Source: Dudresnaya verticillata
Lineage: Eukaryota
NCBI GenBank assembly: GCA_977862235.1
Contig: OZ374557.1
Location: forward strand, 744,001 to 808,000
DNA: 64,000 nt
Reading direction: 5' to 3'
Shown: piece by piece, positions 12,223 through 22,800 of the stretch
Layout: every line of letters begins with the position of its first letter
How positions within the stretch are numbered: the stretch's first letter is position 1
Position numbers and translations under genes: made by a program
The notes under the pieces: model-generated
Databases searched by the model: none
The model's input: the letters and a program-made list of their open reading frames with translations, nothing else
Told to the model about the DNA's origin: nothing

Positions 12223-12645
12223 GTGAAACGGATCGTAGTGGCAAGATTGGAGACTATATTGATATACTTCAGCAGCGCAGGGAAGGAAATAACCGGTCTA
12301 GAAACTCTGGGCATCAAGCTCTTTGATAGGTCGCTCTTCAATAGTTTCATAACGGATGTAATAGGGAAAGAAGGACAATACAGTGCGGCAGGGCGCGAGA
12401 AAGATTTCGCATTTAGTAACTTCCTCAGGGATGCAAGGGAGAGAGGAATGCAGAAGCTGCGTGAGATGGCTCCCAAACCTCTGCTTATAGACATGGATAA
12501 GATGTCAGCACGAGAACGTCGACAGTATGAGACAGCAGTTCGCAAAGTCCATGAAGAGAAGCGCAGAATCTCAAGGATGAACATTGTGAACATTCCTCCA
12601 CCAGGTACTCCCATCGATTGGGATTCGCCGCGTCGGCAAAAATAA
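12223..12645 (+). CDS. Hypothetical protein, probably the 3' part of a disrupted gene divergent from the MTase gene
   Basis: Protein-like 140-aa frame; the same frame is open for ~80 more codons upstream of one TAG. Confidence 0.35.
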   Translation: MKRIVVARLETILIYFSSAGKEITGLETLGIKLFDRSLFNSFITDVIGKEGQYSAAGREKDFAFSNFLRDARERGMQKLREMAPKPLLIDMDKMSARERRQYETAVRKVHEEKRRISRMNIVNIPPPGTPIDWDSPRRQK

Positions 12646-12830
12646 TAACAACTAAGGACCAAGAACGGTTTGCATGCTAACGATTCCCGACGTTGCAGTG
12701 GTGTCGCAATAAGGAAAAGGTGTGAAGAGTTGGTGTAAACGAGGTCAACTAAACTTCGGAATGGCGCCCGGTTCCGTCTATAAAAGGGAGTGGTACAGTG
12801 TCGATTTGAGGGTTGGTGGAGACGACTTAG

Positions 12831-13112
12831 ATGGAAAGCTGCGGTAAAGCACAGGAAGCGTTGGTGCTGAAGATGCGGAGCCTGCGCGCTGAGCTAGAAG
12901 AAGCTCTGGCGCGAGCCAGGCGTTATACCAGTGACGCCAAATGGCTTCGTCTAGACTTGGTGGGGCCGCCTTGGGTCATGGTTGCGGATGCGGGCGCAAT
13001 TCGGGAGACAGTGAAGGTGGTTCTGGGGGGAATACTGGTTTTGTTAGAGTAGTGGACGGTGGAGGTCGATGAAGAAGACCTGGAGCCTGAAGCGGACTGC
13101 GGTTTAGGGTAA
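12831..13112 (+). pseudogene. Small coiled-coil ORF, paralogue of 28902-29171
   Basis: RSLRAELEEALARA...WL...*WTVE matches RALRAELDEARALA...WL...EWTVE. TATAAAAGGG lies ~50 bp upstream. Confidence 0.5.
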
Positions 13113-13959
13113 TGGTAGTTGAGGTGTGTTAGGTACAGATAAAGTGCATACAGGAGCGGTTGTGTATGTTTATCATGCTGAGGCGCTTGAAGAGGGGAAC
13201 GGGAACAAGTAAGGAATCGTGGTGCGGACTACTACGGGACACGGCTTTGAGCGCACTTTCGAAGTTGGTTCAAGTGCACGTCTCGAAATGGGCGTTTGTG
13301 ATTTTGAGCAGGGTGTCTATCGAGCTGCAGCTCGCTACATGTATAGGGAACTGCACGGGTGAAGTACGAGGTGTCCGGAGCGGGGAACGAGGTCTAACTG
13401 AGGACCACGGTGAATTCACGGCAATGTGGGACAAAATTCAGTACCGGAACCAAAGTCCAAGCCGCATGGAGTAGGTTGACGGAGAAGACGGTATACACTG
13501 CGAAGAGCGCTACATGAATGCTGTTGCACTGTGCAGCACATGCTGTAACGTTGGTGAAACAGGGATTACAATACTTGGGTGGGGTTTTTGGTTGTCATGG
13601 AGGGCACCGAGCCGATGTGTCGGTGAGGAGGGAGCGTGTAGCGGGCGAGTGCGACTGCGCAGAGCGAGTGCTGAAGCCTAGGGAAGAGCAGAGAGTGCAT
13701 GGCAGTAGAGAGATAGCGTGCAGTTGCGGGTTGGAGAATGCACGAAGCTGCACTGGATTGATTCCGGGAAGGGAACTCATGACAGCGCTGCAGTACTCTG
13801 CATGTCATGGGGAGAGCGGCATTGAACTGACGAGTAGTTCTGCACTGTTAGCGCAGCATATACTGCGCGGTGAGGAGCCCATGGAAGTAGTTTGCACCAG
13901 CGTGCTAAAGAGACGCTCCCCTTTCTAACTAATGTACTTTAGAAGCGTTCTATTTCAGT

Positions 13960-14587
13960 CTGTTTTTGAAAGTAGATTCTGTAACATTGGAAACCAGTGT
14001 TTGTGGTGCTCAGTCACGAACGTGTTATAGACTGCGAGCTTCTCATAGAAGGGGAGGTGGATTTCAGCTTTGTCTAGTTGCGAATCACCAGACACTTCTG
14101 CGAGGCGCTCCAGAAACGACGTTATCACCTCCAGCTGTTCCGTGGAAGTACCACCAACTATCAGCCCCCTCCCTTTCCTTTCGCGGTTCTTGTTCTTTCC
14201 TTTCAGTGCCGACTACAGTTCTCTAGAGAAACCGAAAGCCTTGTCCAGAAATGAGTAACAAACCGGCCGTCCGCTGAAGAAGTACATGTTCGAGGTGGGT
14301 TCCAGTAGTCCCGTGAGGTATCGCTTCCTTTCCGCGCGATTCTTGTCCATCATTTTGCGTGACTCAGCCCTGATGTAGACTGAATCAATGGTTCCGAAGC
14401 ATTGCTTCGTTTGGAAGCAGAACATGTTTGAGATATCCTGAGTCTCCAACACCTCCACTATCTTTTTCCTCTTCGCAGCCATCAAATGCCCCGATGGTGT
14501 TCCTTTCGGACGTGCATCATGTCTACAATTCCTCTTCCGGCTCGTCCTAGCACTATCCTGGCCGCCTCCACGCCCTTCTAGTGCCAT
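13960..14587 (-). pseudogene. N-terminal part of a Cys-rich putative DNA transposase (DUF7869-like)
   Basis: CFQTKQCF...YFFSGRPVCYSFLDKAFGFSR; after a frameshift, SFLERLAEVSGDSQLDKAEIHLPFYEKLAVY. Confidence 0.5.
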
Positions 14588-15173
14588 CTCCTCCCCTTCG
14601 GAGGGGTGCGACTCCGGCGTGTCGGAATCAGCATCCTCCCCATCGTCTGCAGTCCCGACACCAGGATGCTCTTCTTCAGAAGCGTGATCAAGACCCCGCG
14701 CACATCCTTCTGCTGTGTTGTCGATGGGAGCATGGTCTTATTGTGCGCCGTTCCCGGAATGTCCTTTATCCCGTTCAACTTCGGTTGGTTTTGGAGCCGC
14801 GTCATTACTTCCCAGTTTCGATAACACAGCTTCCATGTTTTCTTTGCCGTCTAATTGGTATGGTCGCGGACACATACGGGCGGGAATCTTCGTGGTATAA
14901 ACCAACGCAGTCTGAGCATCTGCAGCAGCAGGGGGTGTAGAAGGCTCACCTGCTATTGCAGCCGGGGGTGCAGACGGAACACGTGGTGTTGCTGGCAGTG
15001 TAGTAGTGCAGTCATTACCTTCTCGGTGTGGCTGACCGCTGGGATCAGACTGACCGGTACGGGTGCTTTTTGTCGTCAATGTCGGCTTACGAGGAAGTCC
15101 CCGACCCCCCTACGCCCTGACCGCCTAGTTGACATCCTAGCACGAACAGTATAACTCCCACTCGGTTGCTCCA

Positions 15174-15767
15174 TTACGGTCGCAGGGAAACTTCCCCGAT
15201 CGCCACGCCCACCTCTGCAGTATCGCCTGTAGGTTGCTGCTTCACAATTCGGATTTTCTCCCTGTCCCATACATGAATGCCAACACTTAGACCAGCTAGA
15301 GTGGTGGGTGGAGACTCTAGATCGGGATACTTATACATGTACCTCTTGTCCCCATGTCCATTCCGAATACGGACATTATAGATGACTATCCATGTCTCCT
15401 TCTTCCGTTGCACGTCTCTTGAACACGCTCCATGCATCTTCACTTTGAATGCACCTGTACTATCTGCCTCTTGCGGAGACGCCGGAGGCATTAGATCAGC
15501 CGTACCCACCTCCTCTCCGTCTAGCAACAGCACTAATTTATTCGACGCTGACATCTTTTGCGTGTCAGGGTTGGTCACTGCGGGCGCGCTTCCGCTTCCT
15601 GTTTTCGAACGGGTTCTTCCACAGCCGTCTCCTTGCCGTCTCCTTACCGATAGTCTTGGCCGTAGATTCGTTCCCTCCCCATCACGGAGAGGGCATGTCG
15701 GCCGGCAGTGACCGTACTTTGACGCAAACCAGTGCGATGTTCTCTCGTCTGAGATATTTCGTACCAC
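15174..15767 (-). pseudogene. C-terminal TNP1/En-Spm-like domain, paralogous to the MTase C-terminus
   Basis: KLVLLLDGEEVGTA...MHG...RYMY...PTTLAGLSVGIHVWDREKI aligns with KVVLFQDRDKVGTA...LHG...KYPH...PETLSGLVGFFAWDLHKL. Confidence 0.7.
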
Positions 15768-18121
15768 GATGGAAGTAAGGGCCTCGTTTCGCCCGGATCA
15801 GTGCCGTAAATAGCGCTGTTGAGTACGCGTTGCACGATCATGAGAAAAGAACGGTTGGGAGGTCAAAAGCGGAAAGTGGCCTTTGGAGGCGGTCAGCGCA
15901 GCCAGGGGGAACTAAAATATCTGGAAGAGAACGCAGTGGATGCCGGAGTGGTGTCGTTGCTGAAACCTCTCTAGATAACTTCATATGCTGTTCTGTGTGC
16001 ATATGCAAAACGGAATCACCAGTGAGTGAGCAACGGTCTACCTATCGATAGTCGTCCAACCCACTCCAAGGAGGCGTTTTTTCGTCCCCCGAATAGCAAT
16101 ATCGCCTTGTACCCGGCATGCGTTCGGAACATGTATGGGCTGGAGGCTGTCATTCACCGATTTCCGGCAAGGAATCTGCTTGTGAAGTGGGATCAGAACG
16201 ACTAGTGATTTTGTGCGCTGTTCATGTGCACCGTGCACGGTTTACCACGATTTGGACCTTGTACTAGTATTACCGGTCTATTATAATACATAGGTATAGC
16301 AAAAGCATCATCGGAGTGCCGGGTTCCATACCCTTCAAGTGGAATCAGAAGGAGCATCTCATGGGATCCCTGCGGCACCCGCACTTCCGAATGGGAGTCT
16401 CAGAATTAGCAGCGAATGGGAGAGCTCTATTATTTTGCAACAATACCCTTGGTACCTGACTTCTGACTCTTACCCGAAAACTTGGGTCAGAGCTGTATCG
16501 TGTGACTCCTGCCCTGGTACAAGCCGGAGCTGTGGCGCAACATGGTTCTGCTCGGCGACTTGGTGAACAGATATTACTATCTCTTTCCGCAACATATGTT
16601 CGCTTGTCCCGCGAGAGCGGCGGCGATGACGTCCGTTCTGCCCTTGTGGGTGAGTGTCTGGAGTATCTGGAAAACACACCGTGCAGACGTTTCACTTCAA
16701 AAAAACCTGCAATTCACGGTTGCAGGCCATCTTGCGTTGTCAACGCCGAAGGAAATTAGTGATACTGCTCCTTTTGGAAAAGGTCTGAACTGGATGCTGC
16801 AGGCCGCTTTCATAGTTGGTTTCTCCTTTAAGACATTTGTAATGTGGGCGTTCTGTCCTGAAAACTGGGCGTTGATATGCGGGTGCATAGACAGGCTCAT
16901 GTTCAATGGTGGATCTACCTTGGTACTCAAGGATGATGATGTACTGGGCGTCTTAAGGCACCCTGTGACTGCTTCTTTTACCCAGGATGGTTTCTCGCAA
17001 ACAAAAAGGCTGGCTCTGGGAACAGTATGAAGTTAGCAATAGGGGTGATTCGAAAAGGATATGTAATAACGTGCGGGTTGCCTAATTCTCCGAGATTCTC
17101 TCAAGCCGTCAGCCACCATTTCAGCCTCATTTTGACAGTTTCGGACAGATTAGCTTAAGAGAAAATGGGGAATACCTTCTGTATAGTACTCTTACATCAA
17201 AATGTCCGCGATGGGAAACGGTCCTGGAGAGATGTGTATCCCAAGGTCACGAGGCCAGCTATTGTTGCACTTGTACGGTTGTCCTAGGACAACTGTACAC
17301 GATGTATCAGCCAGATGTCGAGTCTTTCTCGCACGGCGCTGCAACACACCCGTATACATGAACTGTCTCTCCGAAAGTGTAGTTGGAAACTTTACCAAAA
17401 TCAAGAAGCGTATGGAACGCAAGCCGGTCTCTGTTATCGAACGAAAAGCCTTGCGAGTGCAGGATTTGGTGTTTTCCAGTCTTGCCCTAATAACGCTAAC
17501 TGCAGTGCAGGAAATTGGAGAAACGATGCATTCTAGAGCCGCAGAAGACGAAAGCAGAAGCCATGCTGTTGTACGCGAACACACGTGGAGCTAACGTAGC
17601 TGGATAGATAAGGTTCGCAAGTGCCATCTTCGTGCAAATGCGATCCAGACCTGTCGAGGTGGTGAGCAGAACCAGAGGATCGCTGCTGTGTACATTGCTG
17701 GGAACTATCGTTAGTGATACAAAATTGGCAGTGTATACTTTGCACGTTTACGGTGAAGATGCGAATGGCGGAAGAGGAGACAGGACCGGGACTCAAGGGG
17801 CTCAGAGGGTGAGTTCTGATTGCCTTCAGTGGGTCACGCTCTCCAGCCACAGCCTAAAGAACCTGCTCGTTAGTTTGATAAGGTGTGAGCTGTTCTTTGA
17901 GGATCATGAGCTGGCTTGCAGTGTTAAGAATATCGCCGAGAAGGCGTTGGGGCAGTCAATTGAGCTACAAACAGCGTAGCTGAGGTGTTTTAAGCAGATG
18001 AGAACGTATGATGGCTGACAAGATGAATAGGGCAAGGAGGTTTGGATGGGCGTCTAGTTGGGAGATTGGATTGCCAACGAGATGGAACCGTACTATATGA
18101 CCATCAAATGAAATGTATTAC

Positions 18122-19511
18122 GTAGGTCTCCCCATAGTAATGATTAGTCAGTGTACGAGGCCCCTCGAGGGCTTCGTACACGTAAAACATTTGTAGAAAT
18201 AAACATCCGCCCGCCATTGCCATCCCTTGCCGCCAATCCTATTTCTACGCACGCCTAAAAATATTTCTAGTTCACCCTTTTACGTCCAATAGAAAAATTC
18301 AGCAGCAGCAGCAGCAGCAGCAGCATCAGCAGCATCAGCAGCATCAGCAGCAGCAGCATTAGCAGCAGCAGCAGCAGCAGCAGCAAAGCTGCAACCCCAT
18401 TGGCTCACCGCCAAGCCGCGCCACCCGAGTGGCTGTATTTTGCCGTGGTACCAAATCAACGCGCGCGCATTGGTGCGCTCCGATTTTCTGACAGTAAATT
18501 GACAGACGCGCCGCAGCGCTACAGTGATACGATCTTACAGTCCCGCCGTGCGCCTCCATTCCTAATTTATGTGATTAAAACCGCACCTGTCCTAGGGGCC
18601 TAGAAAGCTACTTTACATAATTAAATTGGTACTGTAGTGCTCATCCGAAGTGAGCTCGCCGTGATCTCGCTGAGGCCGTGTAAATCGCAAACTACAGGGC
18701 CATATCAGCGGCAGCGGGGAACGCTCCCGCACGACTCTTCCCCCCTCTACGCGAGCGAGCAAGCACGGGTGGAAGCCCGGGGCAGGTAGAATGAGTTGTG
18801 GCCCCTTCGCAACGGGTACAGATCCTGCTTGATTCCCGTCGTCGCTGCCCCGAGTGGTAGCAGCGCGCCCTGGGGGGCCGAGAGGGTTCAACGGGTTATC
18901 CGTGGTGGGCGCAGTTCAGAGCGGTGCGAGCGCGACACGCATACCGGCGACGCAGCGACCCGAATTGAGATCCAGCGACGCGAATCCAGATCCAGCGACG
19001 CGCGACAAATTGTTTTTAATTTAGTGCATACGGCATTTACGGTAGGAAAAGAAAAAAAGTAAAACAAAAAAGAAAAACAAAAAAGAAAAACAAAATCAAA
19101 ATCAATAGTTGCCTAATTAGACTCTGCCCGCACGCGCAAAAATAAATCATAAGTCAAAAAAGACTTAGGAAAAATCGCATTGCTGTCCGCGTCCTGGATC
19201 GGGCTCTGAAAAATCGTCATCGGTTGCGTACTAGCGCTAATCATTTTTTGCGGTTTCAGTTTCGCTTTGGTGATGGACCCCTGGTAACCATCGCGACCAA
19301 TCGTCTGCTAGTGCAAGCCCCACAGATTGTGACTCGGGGGGCGGCAATTCGGCAACTCTGAGTACCCTTTGCGTTGAGCCTATTGGTTCCGGGAGGCGAA
19401 AGGGCGACCCGTTTGCTTTTGACAGTGCTTCGGCAGCCCTGTCTAAGTGCGTCTCTTTGGAGGGCAGACGTGTAACGGCAACACCACTCCGGTGTTGTCG
19501 GTTAAAGAAGC
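18122..19511 (+). repeat. 1.4-kb Helitron-associated unit, copy 1
   Basis: Reverse complement of 51966-53399. Contains hairpin GTGTACGA...TCGTACAC, a (CAG)n tract and an A-rich tract. Confidence 0.92.
18300..18384 (+). repeat. (CAG)n microsatellite with CAT interruptions
   Basis: Directly visible. Confidence 0.97.
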
Positions 19512-19865
19512 ATATCTCTCCCCCACTGCCGGGCCCTAGGGGGAGTAAGGCAAGGAGCCCTTGGGTATTTTGCGGTGGAACCACCAACGTCAGGGTATCC
19601 ACACGTTGCCCTGGGGAGCGCAGGACGGTTCTGGGTGCACAAAGGTTACGCTTTGTGTACTTGACGTACGTATTGACCTGCGCCAAAGGAGAAGGCAGAA
19701 GAGAGAAGGCAGAAGGTATAAGACAGAAGACAGTCCGGTGTGCCCAAAATCAACGGTGCGGCGCGCCGTGCTTAAGTGGAAATCAGTGCGGACCAAGGGG
19801 GGACACAGGTTAAGGGGGTTAGAAAAGGGAAGCAGAGAAGACTCCAAGAGGAATCGGTGGTCAAG

Positions 19866-22800
19866 ATGGTTCGCGGAGGCCCCAGACCCAACTCTGGGGG
19901 TCCGCGTCCTAACTCAGGAGGGGCTCGTGCCAACTGTGGCGGCGCCCGTGCCAACTCTGGTGGCGCCCGTGCCAACTCTGGCGGAGCTCGTGCCAACTCT
20001 GGTGGCGCCCGTGCCAACGCTGGTGGCGCCCGTACCAACGCCGGTGGTGCCCGTCCAAGCACTGGAGGTCCACGTCCAAATGCTGGTGGCTCACGTGAGA
20101 ACGCAGGAGGCCCGCGCCCGAATGCCGGAGGGTCACGTTAGCACGCTGGGGGGTCGCGCCCGAATACAGGAGGTCCGCGTGAAAACGCAGGAGGACCGCG
20201 TGATAACGCAGGAGGATCACGTCCCAACACAGGAGGTACACGTCAGAACGCAGGTGGGCCGCGTGAAAATGCGGGCGGGTCGCGGTTGAATACAGGAGGT
20301 CCGCGTGAAAACGCAGGAGGACCGCGTGATAACGCAGGAGGATCATGTCCGAACACAGGAGGCCCACGTCAGAACGCAGGTGGGCCGCGTGAAAATGCGG
20401 GGGGTCGCGGTTGAATACAGGAGGTCCACGGGAGAACACAGGAGGACCGCGACAGAACGCAGGAGGCCGACGTGAGAATTCAGGCGGTGTTCGAACCAAT
20501 GCGGGAGGAGCACGGCCCAATGCAGGGGAGCACGATCGAACGCAGGAGGAGCACGGTCGAATGCAGGAGGGGCACGGTCGAATGCAGGGGAGCACGGTCG
20601 AATGCAGGGGAGCACGGTCGAATGCAGGGGGGCACGCCGAGGGGCCGGGAGACCTAGGAGAAGGACGATTCCGGAGCCGGACCAAGGAAGTGTTGCGGAA
20701 CAAGGGGAGCACGTACCCGTCGGGCCGGCCGTTGAAAGCGTTGAGCCGAACATAGCACAGTCCGTTCCTGGGAGCACTGACAGGACGATGATGTCAGAGG
20801 TTGGGAAGGTGGAACGTGGGCTAATTAAAGTCTACTACGCTTTCGATAGCCGAGCTGAAGAAGCAAAGGAGCAAGACGTAGTTCCGTCGGAATTTGACTA
20901 TCCAAGGGATACAAGGAGAAGGTGTTCGAAGTTCGGAAATCCGACACACAATTCACGACGTTGTCCGCTGAAGGGATGGGTACTGTACATCAGCACTTGC
21001 AAGTACTGTGGCAGTATGCTCGTCGGAAAAGAAAGCGACGGAGTGTGCTGTGGGAAGAGGAGTACTTCAGGATGGGGTGTGACGCTTCGAAGGAGGCATT
21101 TGTCGAGTCAGCTGAAGGAAATGTACAAGATGCGGGCGTTCCGTACGATGTCAGTGCAGCTGAACACACTGTTTGCGACGTGTTTGTCATTTATGGATCT
21201 TAAGTTCATGCCGTCCGGTGGACCGTCGTTCATGAAGCTGGTCGGCAACGCAGCGATCGCTGTACCGAGACGTGATGCGCGCTACACTTTTCTGTGGTCC
21301 AATGACGCCCCGCGTTTGAGAGAGGGAGACCAGAGGTCAAGGCTGTTGCGAGATGCAGTTCGCAACAGCAATGTACGCGCCATGGTTCCTGTACTGTACG
21401 ACAAACTACTGCCTCCCCCACGCATTATGCGTGAAAGGTACCGAACACTGGTTTCGGGAACTGATCGTGCACGAGGCGTGGGAAGTTCAGCTCAAGGCCA
21501 AGCATCGGCAGTCGATACTGTAGAAGTTAATGACCAAGTTGCAAACGACGGTGTGGTTGTAGAAAACTATCGTGGAAGGCAGGTTGGTGAGGTACAAGCT
21601 GTGACAGGAGTTGGACCGCTGCCACAAGACCAAGCAGGAGTTCCGACGCACCTCCTAAGTTGCACTGTTGAACCTTCTGGTCTATACCGATCCGATCAGC
21701 CAGTCGTTCAGTTGGTTGGCAATGCTGACATTGAACCGGATCACGAACGTGGAACACATGTTGTGAAGTATCGTACACTTAACGTGGGCTCGAAGATAGC
21801 GGAGGTGGGCGCGTTCCCGTTACTGTATCCGTTCGGAGATAAACATGAGCCGTTTGACTTGAAACGGTTCATTCAAGCAAAGTCAGATAACATTGAGCCG
21901 TCGAGTACGAGAGAAGCGAATAAGAAGAAGCTCCAGAAGCTAACTTGGGCGGCAAACGTCAAGCGCCGCCTGTACACGGACAATATTCTACAGGAGAGCG
22001 GTACACTATTCCAGGTCTGGATACTGCGAACTGCTACAAACATCGAGCACCAGCGACTCAAGTTCTTGGAGCGGGAGCAGACATCAAGGATCGTAGAGGA
22101 GAGGGAGCTACAGGAAACTGTAATGGATGATGACGACACGTATCTTATTGGGAGACGGTTCCTTCCGGATAACCAAGTGAACTCAGCGTCATATTGGAAA
22201 GGGAAGCTCCTGGACGTACAAGCTATGGTCGCTAGGAGGCATGTCCCTTCTCTGCTCGTGACTGTGACAATGAATCCGTGGGGTGAGGAGATGGGCAGAC
22301 TGGGTTTGGACATAGATCATCGAAGTACGTTGCAGCCTCATGACCGTCGACCACGTGTGTTTGATCCTCCCGATATCACGGCAAGAGTCTACAACCAGTT
22401 CGCCAACGATGTCATGAGGGAGATTGAGTCCAACTCGGAGGAATACTTTGGACGCCGTTGTATCGGAATCGCTTCCAAGTTATAGTTCCGGGAACGTAAC
22501 ACGCCACACACCCACATACTAGTGTTCCTAGAGGGCGGCCTGCTGGAAGACTTGGACGAGATTGACGGGATTATGAGTGCGGAGTTGCCTTTGGCGTCCG
22601 AGGATCCAGAGCTCCGGGAACTGGTGATGCGTTTCAACAGACACCGGCACTCTCCGAACTGTAGAGGGCGTACTCGTAATGGAAGGTGTCGTTTTGGATA
22701 CGACCAGACTGCCGTGACGCCGACAACCTACATGGATGAGACCTGCAATCGCGTGGTGTACCGCAGAAGGAAAGAGGAAGATCTGAAAGTAGTCCTGTAC

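Noticed and set aside
19870..20640. CRISPR-like array
   Set aside because: Contiguous 21-bp tandem units without unique spacers; no cas genes.
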